In this document: positions 33,251-44,559 of the stretch, piece after piece
Layout of the letters: the number at the start of each line of letters is the position of its first letter
Numbering within the stretch: position 1 is the first letter of the stretch
Origin: Tetramitus jugosus
Taxonomy: Eukaryota > Protista > Heterolobosea
Assembly: GCA_937625935.1 (NCBI GenBank)
Contig: OW569359.1
Location: forward strand, 310,001-374,000
Reading direction: 5' to 3'
Length of the DNA stretch: 64,000 nt
The notes under the pieces: model-generated
Seen by the model: the letters and a program-made list of their open reading frames with translations, nothing else
Databases searched by the model: none
Told to the model about the DNA's origin: nothing
Made by a program: the position numbers and the translations under genes

Positions 33251-35371
33251 GGAGGAAGTTCCGTGATATTAGAGAGAAACTCTCGATTATCAGAGGGGTG
33301 ATTGACTCGGCCAACCGGCATGACAAACAACTGTATCTGTTGTTAACCGACATCTCTAAAGCCTTCGATTCGGTGCCACATAATGCAATCGAAGCGGTGT
33401 ATAGGTTCTTTGGTTTCCCGGAAGGAATTGTAAGACTTGTGAGTGGAATGGTTAGAGACAATTTTGCGCGAGTGCTTACGTCATCCTTGTCACGGAGGTT
33501 CCATATAGGTAAGGGAACGAGACAGGGTGATTCCCTCTCACCAACAACATATGTGCTGGTACATCAAACAGTGCTGATGTATGTTAACAAAAGAATGGAT
33601 GGATACAGGGCTATGTCACAAAGGCTGTGGAATGCTGCATATGTAGATGACTGCAACTTGTTCGCTGAGTCCAGAGCAGACATAGAAAGAGCTGCAGAAG
33701 CGATGTCCTCAGTTCTCGGATCACTTAGGATGACCATGCATCCTGACAAGCTGGAACTGTATGTGAGAAAGTCGGAAGACGACAATTGTCATGACATAGC
33801 GGTGAATGATAATTTGGTAAAAGCGCGAAATCGGAGAGAAGTGTTCAGAGCTCTAGGTCTGTTCACCAATCTTCAGGGTGATACTAAGAAACCGTGAGCA
33901 AGCTTGGCAGAAGGCTCAAAGGGTGGTTGTCAGGCTGAAGTTGATGAAACTGACATCTAGACAAGTGAGCAGAGTTGTCAACACTTGCATTCACCCGATA
34001 TTCACATATGCCTCTGAGTTCACAGACTGGTCAGCAGAATGGTTTGATAAAGTAAATTTGCTGGGCAGAAGTCTAGTGAGGCATGGATCTACTGCTATGC
34101 CGCGATTTCCAGTGGATCTTCTCTCAATAGGAGACGAAAAGGGGTTGATGGGCTTGAGGGACATCGAGGAGACCATCACGACCCGTACTTCGTGGTTCGT
34201 GTACTCGATGATAATTGGGAAGAGGGACACCGAGGCTAGACAACTGTTTCTTGGCACGCTTGAGGAAATCAAGCAAACACAAACATTCCAAAATGAGAAT
34301 GTATTCCAGTCAAGAAACAGGCTTGAATTTGTCAAGCACTCCTACCTCAAGTGGTGTGCATGCAGAATGCACAAGCATGAAATACGTGTCACCAAAACTA
34401 ATCCCTGTGATAGTTGTTGGTTGGCCAGGTATGTACCAAGTGCAATTCTCAAGAAGCTCTACAAGGCAGGTATCACAAGCCGTGAGCAACTAATGGTGGA
34501 CGATCACCCACTGTGTCTGAAGGAATTTAAACATATTTTTCCCTCCTGCAAGGTCGGAGCAATGTCGTTTGAGGTGCTGAAAGTGTTAATATCCCAAATG
34601 AGTGGGTGTGGATGCGAAGGGAAGAGGTCCATCGAAGGTGCAGAGCCGGACTTGTACAAAGGAAATCTGCATGTGGAAAGTAGATCGCATCTACAGTCGC
34701 TGTTTGATCAAATACCCCATGGTATAGACAGGAAGCTGGAATGGTTTCATGCACAGGTACGCAGTGGAACACTCCACACAGCAGAAGTTGTACAATATCT
34801 ATACAACACTGGTGAGGAACAGATCATGTGCAGCTGGTGTCAGAGTGAGCCCGAAAGTGTGCTACATTGTTTGATCAGGTGTCCAAGGGCCATTATGATT
34901 AGAAGGCAATTGGCTGTGAAAGTGGGGCATGAGCTCAAGAATATGGGAATTCCGGACTCTGCCTACGCCAATGTTTGGTTTGATGAGGTGCGACTGAAGG
35001 AAGGAAAGGTTGTGAGGCAACCAATCAAAAAGTCTAGCCGTGAACTGCTGCAAGGAATGATGGGCATAGAAACGGACGCCATCATGGAGGTCGCTGAGGG
35101 TCTTATGTCTGGAGGAATGAAGAAGCCACTGGCACAGAAGAAAGCCAAAACATATGTGAATAGTGTCAAGAGGAGATGTCTTAAGACTCTCCACCACCTG
35201 TTCACTACAACGAAGGATAAATGTAATCAACGGCCATGACCCTCTCCGAGAATCATTGCCTACCAACTGGTAACTAACCAGGGCCTACGCTCTTCGAGCG
35301 TAGGCAAGTGAATAAGCAAGACAATAAAAAGAGCAACCGAAATGGTTGTATTTAAAAAAAAAAAAAAAAAA
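33251..35371 (+). mobile_element. 5'-truncated L1-like retrotransposon (subfamily 2), one frameshift, poly(A), 12-bp TSD
   Basis: RT motifs DISKAFDSV, GTRQGDSLSP, AYVDD; CSWC...HCLIRC finger; frameshift near 33890; poly(A) 35354-35371; TSD ctgcaggtggtg at 33239-33250 and 35372-35383. Confidence 0.92.
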
Positions 35372-35383
35372 CTGCAGGTGGTG

Positions 35384-35830
35384 ATATGGAACTTATCGGC
35401 AAGCCGTGTGATGAGGCATTTCTTGCAAGCATTCCTCGAGGAGTTCAGAGGGAATTGGTTGTAACGGTGAGGGATGTTAGAATTGACAATCCTAACATCA
35501 GAGAAGGTCTGACGGAAGAGCTTAAGAAGGCTAGAGCTGAAGCAATTGGTACGAACAAGAATTGGTGGTTGGAATCTGAAATGTCGAAGGAAACAACCAC
35601 GAAATGTCAAGCGATCCTCTGAAGGACTGTTAGAGGGACTAATGGGCAAAGAGGGGGACTTTAGGAAAGAACTATTGGATGAAATTGTGCGCTCCGGCAG
35701 GAAACAAAGGGAAGCAGAGAAGGTGATAAGAGGTATGGTGGATTCCATGAAGAGGGCCTGTGTCAAGGCACTTCACAAGTATATTAATTCTGTGGTGAAG
35801 AGGAGTGAAGCACTGCTCAGCACCTGGCCG
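35384..35830 (+). mobile_element. Older, internally deleted 3' fragment of an L1-like element
   Basis: NPNIREGLTEEL...WWLESE and LEGLMGKEGD...SMKRACVKAL match the ORF2 C-terminus of the full-length copy; right boundary approximate. Confidence 0.8.
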
Positions 35831-35941
35831 CCCGATTCTGACTTCGATGGTGCTCAATGCATGACCGCGAAATTTCTTGACTATCCGATCTACTTCAACT
35901 TCTCGCGAACAACACAGAGAGAACAAAAAGCAGACTACTCG

Positions 35942-37318
35942 ATGACCAGAAAGAAGCGTATTGTGAAGAAAACGGGAAAAACAGAGTTGCCTTTGGATTC
36001 AAAGTCAAGTCTAGAAACTCAACAACTTCTCTGTGATGTTCGATTTGTTTGGTTGAGCGAGGGGTTGGTCGACAAGGAAAATTGTGACACCAGTACTTGC
36101 GATGGTGGTAGTAGTACTGTGAAGGAATTGATGGCAAATCGAACGAAATTGGCTCAGGGATGTCCAGTGTTTCGATCCATGTTTACGAGCAACATGCGAG
36201 AGAGTCAGTCAGAAACCATGATTGACATTGTCATTCACAACTACTCCTATGACTCCTTTCATGCCTTCATCAACTATTTATACACTGGAGCGATAAAGAT
36301 AACTACTGGCAATGCTGTTGAGTTGTTGGCCATTAGTTCCGAATATATGACGAATGACTTGAGAGATCGGTGCTCGTCGACAATCTTGTCGCTAGTAGAC
36401 TATGAATCATCATTGTGTCAAATGTTTGATCTTGTGGGCAAGTTTGACTCCGCACTGGAGAAACAACTATTGAACTTGATTGCGAATCATACTCAAACCG
36501 TAATCCAAAGTCGTGCCTTCCTGGAATTAACTGAGGAATCCGTACATCTAATATTGAGTAACAAGATCTTGGCGATTAATTCTGAAGTTCACTTGTTAAG
36601 GGCAGTGATTGCTTGGGCACACTATCAACTCTATGGAACAGAACTTGCAATCAAGGAACTGGCACTTGAAAATGAAGAGGAATATTTGTCTGATGAAGTG
36701 TTATCCAAGGCAGAGGATTTGATTGGTTTGATTCACTTTGATGTTCTAGATACAGTGTATCATAAGAAACTCCAGGAGTTTGTTGGTACACAGGATCGAG
36801 ATCGTACATGCCTTCGAACCGTTCCATTCAACAAGATGTTTCTCGAATCCTCCTTTGGGGAGGATCATTGGGTAATCAAACACAGTGCCTCGACTTGGCG
36901 ATCCTATCCTCTACCACCTATCACTATCAAAGGTGCACAAGTGTTTGCTCTATCATTTACCATCGACGAGTGTGACCATCACAGTAATGTTCGCATCGGG
37001 TTGTTGTCCACACCAAACCAGTATCGCTATTGGTTCTACGGCTATAACGGAGGCTTCTATATTGGGGTAATGATGAACGCAAATCTCAAGTTTGGAAGAG
37101 GAGATCGCGTGACTCTTCTTGTGGACCACAAAAACCAAAGGATGGCCCTCTTCAGGGATGATAGCGATTTGGACCAGATTTTCTATTGCCAAAAGAAATC
37201 CTTACCATTTGACGCCACATTCAGGCCATTTGTGGAGCTCTATTCTCCTGGAGATTCTGTCCGCATTCACAAGACTATTAGCTCTGCTGCCCTCCACAGA
37301 ATTGCAGCGAACTATTAA
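35942..37318 (+). CDS. BTB/POZ-BACK-SPRY-like protein
   Basis: LCDVRFV, CPVFRSMFTSNMRES, FINYLYTG (BTB); FLELTEE...SEVHLLRAVIAW (BACK); VRIGL...GDRVTLLVD...FRPFVEL (SPRY-like). Confidence 0.85.
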   Translation: MTRKKRIVKKTGKTELPLDSKSSLETQQLLCDVRFVWLSEGLVDKENCDTSTCDGGSSTVKELMANRTKLAQGCPVFRSMFTSNMRESQSETMIDIVIHNYSYDSFHAFINYLYTGAIKITTGNAVELLAISSEYMTNDLRDRCSSTILSLVDYESSLCQMFDLVGKFDSALEKQLLNLIANHTQTVIQSRAFLELTEESVHLILSNKILAINSEVHLLRAVIAWAHYQLYGTELAIKELALENEEEYLSDEVLSKAEDLIGLIHFDVLDTVYHKKLQEFVGTQDRDRTCLRTVPFNKMFLESSFGEDHWVIKHSASTWRSYPLPPITIKGAQVFALSFTIDECDHHSNVRIGLLSTPNQYRYWFYGYNGGFYIGVMMNANLKFGRGDRVTLLVDHKNQRMALFRDDSDLDQIFYCQKKSLPFDATFRPFVELYSPGDSVRIHKTISSAALHRIAANY

Positions 37319-37428
37319 TCAACAAATTCGAGTGCATATCGATGTAACATCACCAAGGTCAGATGGATTGTCCTTGACGCCGAAAAAAGCACTGAATAAA
37401 AACAAAACTTGAGCTGTCCTGAGTGTTT

Positions 37429-39084
37429 TTATTCACTACAGAGGATCATTGTATCAACGAATGTCAGAGAAGTAGTTTGTTTGAGCATTTTCCTGCCCAT
37501 CTCTCCAAGATGTTGTTCGTTCATCTTCAACGAGATGATAATTTCTTGGTTTCTGTATGTTGAGCAAATTGACGCGACAGTCCACTTCTTTGCTATTCTC
37601 GGCATAGACAACTGAGTGGGTGCAAACACACTGTGAGTATCCTCGCGCATGGTTGTATTCTTCTCTAAAATCATATAGTTATCATTGTCTCCAAACATGT
37701 ACACGCCATTGCTTTGACTTACGATCGCAGTCGTGTATTCACAACAGAATACTCCTGTAATTGGCTCAGAAAAATCGACCTTACGAGGAGGAGTGACATG
37801 AATACTACCACCGTGAGAGCATTGACCGAAATTGTTGTTTCCACACATAAAAACTTCTCCGTTCTCTGTCAAGAATGCACTATGATCTGATTTGGTCGAT
37901 ATCTGGATTACCTTTGCCTTAATCGGTATGATTGTTGGTTTCGTGACACGCTTGTTTAGCTTGTCGAGCCCTAGTTGACCTAGACTATTCTTTCCAAAGC
38001 CATAGACTGTTCCTTGACGTGTCAAACAGAGTGTGTGATCACTACCACATCGAACATCAACAATAAATGCCTCTTCGTCCTGTTCAAACTCAATCTTTTT
38101 AGGAACACACACTCTGCTCAAATCGCCCAAGCCCAGTTGGCCAAACTCTGCCAGACCACAACTGTACGCAGATCCATGTTGAGTAATAAATATCGTATGT
38201 CCATTGCCTGTTGCAATCTTGACAATGGTTTCTCCTTCTTGCAGAAACGTTTCCGAGTGAACCTTGGTGGGGAACATGCAATCTACGGTGAGTGAAGTGG
38301 CCAATTGACCACCAGCGTTTGATCCTTGGCCAAAACAGACTCCATTCTTGGACAGATACATTGTGTGAGCACCAATGTACAAATCTGATGCCGTCTCTAC
38401 TTGCACAATCTCTTCTCCATCGAACGAAGGTGTAGGAGAGACACTATAGAATGAATTCAATGATTCAAGTTGAGCAACATTCCACAATGGAAACGATTCC
38501 AGATCCATGTTCGGTATGCGCAACACATTGGCACTTGCATCACTCAAATACACGTGGTACCGATTGGATGTCATGTGATGAGCCTGGTGGGGAATTTCTG
38601 TAACCTTGTGATAATATTTATGAATAGTACTACTGCTGTTCACACTGGCATCATCACCAGCTGGATTATTATTATTATTATTATTATTATTATTGTTCAT
38701 GTTGGCCATGACATGAGAAAAGGGACATGCATTACCCTTGAAACAACCACTCTTTGAAAAAAAGAATTTACAAGTCATGTTCTTCCGATAGTCTATTGTT
38801 GTTGTTGTTGTTGTTGTAATAGTAGTAGCAGTAGCAGAGGTAGAGTTATTGTGGTTGTTAATGAGGAGAGGATCATGAGAAAAGCGACAATTGTCACCGT
38901 ACATGCATGAACCATTGCGTTGATAGAAACGACATGGGATAGTTTTGGAGGAGACATAGGAGAGAGGTTGTTGTTGTGGTTGTGGTTGTGGTTGACTACT
39001 ACTGATATTGCTATTCGTGTTGGTCGTGTTGGTTTTGAGGTCATTTTTGGTGACGAGCAAAAGTTTATATTGATCTAGTGTCAT
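37429..39084 (-). CDS. Tandem CCCH zinc finger + RCC1-repeat protein
   Basis: CRFYQRNGSCMYGDNCRFSH and CKFFFSKSGCFKGNACPFSH; RCC1 repeats GSNAGGQL, CGLAEFGQLG, FGKNSLGQLG, CGNNNFGQC. Confidence 0.88.
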   Translation of the reverse strand: MTLDQYKLLLVTKNDLKTNTTNTNSNISSSQPQPQPQQQPLSYVSSKTIPCRFYQRNGSCMYGDNCRFSHDPLLINNHNNSTSATATTITTTTTTTIDYRKNMTCKFFFSKSGCFKGNACPFSHVMANMNNNNNNNNNNNPAGDDASVNSSSTIHKYYHKVTEIPHQAHHMTSNRYHVYLSDASANVLRIPNMDLESFPLWNVAQLESLNSFYSVSPTPSFDGEEIVQVETASDLYIGAHTMYLSKNGVCFGQGSNAGGQLATSLTVDCMFPTKVHSETFLQEGETIVKIATGNGHTIFITQHGSAYSCGLAEFGQLGLGDLSRVCVPKKIEFEQDEEAFIVDVRCGSDHTLCLTRQGTVYGFGKNSLGQLGLDKLNKRVTKPTIIPIKAKVIQISTKSDHSAFLTENGEVFMCGNNNFGQCSHGGSIHVTPPRKVDFSEPITGVFCCEYTTAIVSQSNGVYMFGDNDNYMILEKNTTMREDTHSVFAPTQLSMPRIAKKWTVASICSTYRNQEIIISLKMNEQHLGEMGRKMLKQTTSLTFVDTMILCSE

Positions 39085-39366
39085 GTGTAAAGTTAAGATA
39101 TATATTCTTGTTGTTGATGTTGTTAGTTGGATTTGTTGTTGTGTTGTTTGTTACTCAGGATTTTATGTGTTTATGTGAATAATTATTGGTACTCTTGGAA
39201 CTCTGGTCCGCCGATGGAGGATCAAAATGGAGTTGAATACAGACTTTCAACTCTGAGCTGGAACTCTGTATTCCAGTTTCTCCTTCTGTTTTGGCGCCAA
39301 AATTTTCAACATGTTCGATGGAACATCAAATATTTTGACAAGGGAGAAAACAACCAACCAACAAGC

Positions 39367-40653
39367 ATGACAGACTCACCTTCTATTCAGCACCACCATC
39401 TTCTCATTGTTATCCCTGGTATGGGTGCTCGATCCTCAGATGACAAACAAGTTCTCCCCAAGCAAATTCCCTTCTCTGAATGGTTCAGTACGCGTCATTG
39501 CTGCTCTCAACTGCAATCATGCATGGAAAACGAGTTGAAACTCATTCAAAAGTACAGCCAACAATTCAAGTGTCCTCTACCACACTCTCACTATGGACAA
39601 CATGATGACATGATGTTCCAAGTGGGTTCAATAGACTATTCTTCAAGTGTTCGATCAGAGCACGGTATGGACAAGTTGTTGGGTATGGTGACTCCAAAGA
39701 CGGGTGTTCCTTATTTGAGACAAGTGGCCAATCAGACGTGCATTGATGTGTTGGCCTATGTGAGCAGTGAGACGATTTCGGCTCAAGTGAGACAGGTTGT
39801 TACAAGGGAGGCCAATCGAATCTATCATGAATTTTGTGAGAAGAAGAGGAATTTGGGCGATCAGCAGCAGCAGCAGCAGCAACAAGTGATCAAGGTGTCC
39901 ATTGTGGCTCATTCGTTGGGAACAGTAGTCGCCTATGATTTGCTCAAGCAAATGGAGAATGTGCAACAGGAGGAGCAAGAGGAAAGGATGAACACTTTGT
40001 CATCGACAGACGAACAACCGCACCAACAACGAGAAAGCAATGGTCAGAATGGTTATAAGATGTTGGATTTCCAGGTCGATAATTTGTTCCTATTGGGTTC
40101 ACCACTGGGACTATTCTTGGCGATGAGAGAAGGTGCAAAAAACATGTCTGGAGATGTTGTCAATTCTAATCTGATACCTACTCAATCGAATCAATTATTG
40201 TTGAATTCCAAGGTGTATCATATATATCATCCCTACGATCCTGTGGCTTACCGTATCGAGCCACTACTTGATTCGAGAATGGCTGATATTAATTCCGTTG
40301 GTCTCGCTGCGCTGGATCTGAAGAAGATTTTACAGCAAAAAGCCACAGAACTTGGCACGATAAAACCAAGTGAACTTGAGATGAAATGGAATTCACTTCT
40401 TAATGACATGTACAATGGTGTTCAGAGCGTTCAGTCGCAATTTTCCTTTAAGAGTGGCAGTTCATCCGAGGATGCCGTAAAGAAAAATCAAATTGATCAG
40501 GTTCTCTCTGAATTTGGTGAAAGAATCGATTATGTATTACCTGCTGACACTGTATTGAATGAGTACTTGGTTAGCACGGAAGTTCACTTAAAGTATTGGA
40601 TGAGTCCTGTTATTGCACACTTCATCATTCAAAAGCTGGGATTCCTTCAATAA
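39367..40653 (+). CDS. DDHD-domain phospholipase A1
   Basis: IVIPGMG, lipase AHSLG, LGSPLGLFL, HPYDPVAYRIEPLL, RIDYVL, HxxYW. Confidence 0.9.
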   Translation: MTDSPSIQHHHLLIVIPGMGARSSDDKQVLPKQIPFSEWFSTRHCCSQLQSCMENELKLIQKYSQQFKCPLPHSHYGQHDDMMFQVGSIDYSSSVRSEHGMDKLLGMVTPKTGVPYLRQVANQTCIDVLAYVSSETISAQVRQVVTREANRIYHEFCEKKRNLGDQQQQQQQQVIKVSIVAHSLGTVVAYDLLKQMENVQQEEQEERMNTLSSTDEQPHQQRESNGQNGYKMLDFQVDNLFLLGSPLGLFLAMREGAKNMSGDVVNSNLIPTQSNQLLLNSKVYHIYHPYDPVAYRIEPLLDSRMADINSVGLAALDLKKILQQKATELGTIKPSELEMKWNSLLNDMYNGVQSVQSQFSFKSGSSSEDAVKKNQIDQVLSEFGERIDYVLPADTVLNEYLVSTEVHLKYWMSPVIAHFIIQKLGFLQ

Positions 40654-40689
40654 AGATGAAGAGCCTAGGTGATTAATCACATTAAGAAC

Positions 40690-43600
40690 GATAATATTTG
40701 TGAAATCTGGTGTTTAGAGTTTGTGGCAAAGAGAAGTTGTTTGGTGAACGAAGCGTATCCAACAGAAGTGTTCGTTCTTCAGTGTCTCTTTTTCCATGCA
40801 GCATCCCAGCGATGAATGCTGATATCTTGGACGTAAGACTCACTTTGAACTCATTGAGCCTATTCCTCCTTTGTCCCTCTCTACTGATAGCAACATTGAG
40901 GGGAATCTCTTCATGACATTTGATCCATGCTTCATACCTTGCGACCAATGCCTTCTATCTCGTTCATCCACTTCTTTGGCCAGTGTGTGAACTCCTAAGC
41001 GAACAGAAATACAGGATACACGCAAGTGTTAACAATTATGGCTTGGTGATCTAAGTTTTGCATAGAGCAACGAGCTGATGATAGGTACGTTGTGTTCCAA
41101 TGGTTGCCATATTCCAGCATGTTACTGACAAGATTTTTTTAATACAACCATTGCGGTTGCTCACTTTATTATCAATACAATTCGAGCGATGGTTCTTGGT
41201 CGCCTGTTTAATTCCCAATTACGCTCGCAGCATCTTCCTGGCAATTTTTTTTAATACAACCAATGGTTGTGCTGTTTATTCGTTGTTGATTCTCTTTACA
41301 TGATGTAACTGTTTCGTTTATGACGGCAGAATGCCGTCACTGTTGCATTGTTTGTTGCTGGTGCTCGCAGAGCATCAGCAACCAGCCATCTCCTTGGAGC
41401 TGCTTGCGTTTCCACACCTAACATACCTAACATGTATTGTTTCCCTGTCTTCCTTTGCTCGTTAGTTGTGCGCCTTCCGTTGCACTGTTGGTTATAACCA
41501 TATGTCCACACATTGTGACTTGTGCAGTCCCATTGAGCTCAGTTTCACACAACCTCCTTTGTCAGCAAGATGGGAGGCGCACATCCCTATTAAATCTCTG
41601 TCTGGTTAACACATTCCAGATCTGCTTTTTTACCGTAACTTCAAAATTATCCCTGCCCATAAGTATCGGCGGAGCTGCGGTCCTGTGCTCGTGTGTTTCA
41701 TTGCACTACAGTATTTCTAGATCCAAGAGAATGTTCCTGTATCGCCGTGCGCTGATTCCGAAGTTGCCGTGAACTTTGACTAGCTCACTGTGCTTAATCC
41801 ATATACCTTCTCTTCATCAACAAATGCAATTGTTAAATAGTTGTTGTGCATCCGCTCCGCACACCATTTGAGGTAAGTGTGCTTGACCAACTCCAAACTA
41901 TTGTTGACTGAAAGACATTCTCCCTTTGGAAGTTTGTTGAAGCTTGATCTCCTCAAGCGAGTCCAACATTAGCTTGTGAGCTTCGGTGTCACTATTTTCT
42001 CTCATCATCTCCTTGATGAACCAGGCGGTTCTCATAAGAATTGACTGCTCGATTTTGCGCAGACCAAATCCACCATTTTCACTTGTGATCTGCAACAAAT
42101 CAGACGGGCACCGCTTCATTGCAAAAGAACCTTGTTTGATGAGCGCTTTTCACATCTGGTTCACCATAAATGACAAGTTTTTTGTCATTATCGAGCCCTC
42201 TCTTGATAAATGCTTTGGTATTTTTCACACACTTCTCTTTACACTAGGTAACTAGTATGATTGTGGCGGCAAAATGCCGTCACTGTACAATTGTTTTTGT
42301 TGCTGATGCTCGCATCACTTCCTTCTTGATTCCACTCTTCTTGAGCCCTTTTGTCACTTGCTTAACAGCTTGAGTTTCTGCCCCTAACATTTCTATCAAA
42401 TAGTCTTTGCCTGTATTTCTCTGCTCGTTTCATTGTTCGTTTTCCATTGCACCACTGCTAGTTATCAAACCCAATATCGACTTTTGCAGACCCATAGAGG
42501 ATTTTGTGTGAAGTGTTTGGCTTTTGATTTGTGCAACGAACCATTCAAGCTTTCTATCAACCTAAAGGGGCATTTCATAAAGGAGAAGTCTGTTGCACCG
42601 CCCATAACTTCTCTCGACCAATCAGATATCGATACTACCGAGTGAAAACATGCAAGCTCTGCTGTTTTTCTATCACTTCATACTCTTCACCTTTTCGAGT
42701 GCCTGCTCCTTTCGTCTTGTCGTACCAGGCTCTAACTCGGGTACCAGGCTCGTGAAGAAGAGTCCTAATGCCCTGAAAGTTCTTTCACTTCCATTTGCAG
42801 GCACAACAACATTATTAACCGTTATGTTGTGTTCTGATCTACTCTGCCCATCTTCCTGACATAGAGTTCCAATTTGTTTGGGTGCATGCTCAACACTTCA
42901 TTCATTTTGTTTGCAGTCTTCTCAATGGCTTCACTGCTATTGGACATTAGGTTGCAGTCATCCACGTACGCTACATTCCAAATTTATTGCCAGTTGCCAT
43001 GTCGTGAACCAAATTGACAATGTTCTCCGGGGATCCAAAGAACGAATACACTTCCTTAATGGCATTATGGGGAACAGAGTCGAAAGCCTTTGCGATATCA
43101 GTCAGGAGGAGGTACAATTGACCATCATTCCTCTGAACTTTCGCCCTCCCCCTTGAGTGTTCGTAAACAAAGAGGCAGCCTCTGCTGCCTTTGACACTCG
43201 GGCATTGAGTAGCCTTGTGAAGAGCTTCGACAGAGCGCTAAACAGGCATATGGGTCTGTAATTTGAAATATCTTGCGCATCGCCTTTCTTATAGGCAGGA
43301 ACGATCGTGCATTCCTTCCACCTGTTAGGAAACGACCCACTCTCCAGGATATTGTTGAAGAACCGACAGCTCCCAGCTGTAGTCCTGGTAACTTCAACAT
43401 TTCATTGTGGACCCCATCAGGTCCAGGACACTTTTTGTTTCTAAGTATCCGATTGCCTCGCGCACCTCCTCTGTTGTAATCAGCGTGAATTAGAACATCT
43501 TGAGCACTCGGAGGTGGGATAGTCCTGAGATAGGACATGTCCGCCGTTTCCTGTGAAAACGCAGATTCAAAGTAACATGCTTTTTCCCACACTTTCACTA

Positions 43601-44030
43601 TCAGTATGTGTCATGTTTCCTTCATTAACTGTGTTGAGTCTGATGCGGATGGCCTTCTTCGCACTTGCAGCAGAGTAGAATCGTCGGGTTTACAAACTCC
43701 GATGTTCTGGCTGCCCACTCCCACGTTCTGAACTTTTTGTTCCTGGCTCTCTCCCCATGCGGCCTTCCGATCAACTACTCTCAGTGCAATCCATACCGAG
43801 TCCTTGGTTCTCCGTAGTGATAAAACACTTTGAAAGTTCTTTCAGTTGTCTCTCCCCTCACTAGATATCTCAACAACAGTTCTCTGGTGTTCAGTAACAC
43901 GAAGGCTGTTGTTGCCCCTGGTTTCTTTGCTCTTGCGACCAAAATTCTCTATCGACCTATTTCTTGATCAAGCTATTGGTGACATCACATTGCTCGTCAG
44001 GGTCACTCATTCTTTCAACTCGATGTTTTG
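40690..44030 (-). mobile_element. Stack of at least 3-4 degenerate L1-like copies upstream of tRNA-Tyr
   Basis: Fragmented ORF2 homology (GKRDTEERTLLLDTL; KKCPGPDGVHNEMLKL; TDIAKAFDSVPHNA); poly(A)/3' ends at ~41134, ~41245 and ~42178, each next to a copy of the target sequence agcatgttcctgacaag (44031-44047). Confidence 0.85.
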
Positions 44031-44087
44031 AGCATGTTCCTGACAAGGCCGAAAGCGAGGAGTAGACTCGGAATTATGGTCCATACT

Positions 44088-44160
44088 CCTCTGATAGCTC
44101 AGATGGTAGAGCATGAGACTGTAGATCTTGTGGTCGCGTGTTCGAGTCACGCTCGGAGGA
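44088..44160 (+). tRNA. tRNA-Tyr(GTA), intronless
   Basis: CCTCTGA/TCGGAGG acceptor with C1-G72 and A73, GCTC/GAGC D stem, CTGTAGA loop, GCGTG-TTCGAGT-CACGC, T-run terminator. Confidence 0.9.
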
Positions 44161-44274
44161 ACTTTTTAATTAATAAAAATTAATTAGCCAATTTCCTTGT
44201 TTTTGAAATTTTCCCTTGTCCCTTTTTTTTCGTGACACAAAAAATGTAAAATATAGTAAAAATAATAATAGGAA

Positions 44275-44558
44275 ATCCCCAAAGAGATCTTAGACTTCAC
44301 TAGACTGAACAAATATATTCTTGATGCTGCGTGTTGTCAAACCGTCATTCTCTCAAAGGAATTCACTGTTGTATTTGGATGATTTCCTTCTGTTCAGCAA
44401 TAGAATATTAAGCACAAAGGCTCCAAGACCAAGTATTGACGCTTGAGAGAAATGGCTTGCCGATCAATGCTTCCAAGTCGGTGTTAGTATCACAACAAGA
44501 GATCACATTCTGTGGTTACTTGTTGCATTTTGGAGAGAACAATGGTGTCTTCACAACG
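44275..44558 (+). mobile_element. Remnant (copy C) of the DIRS-like RT / GIY-YIG element
   Basis: Deleted, near-identical match to RT sequence at 56150-56635 (gagatcttagacttcac..., tatttggatgatttcc..., gcttgccgatcaatgcttccaagtcgg). Confidence 0.88.
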
Positions 44559-44559
44559 T

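Noticed and set aside
38660-38830. (ATT)n and (GTT)n microsatellites
   Set aside because: They encode poly-Asn/Thr linkers common in this genome.
39127-39366. N-terminal extension of the DDHD lipase ORF
   Set aside because: Non-ATG start running through the promoter region shared with the divergent CCCH-RCC1 gene.
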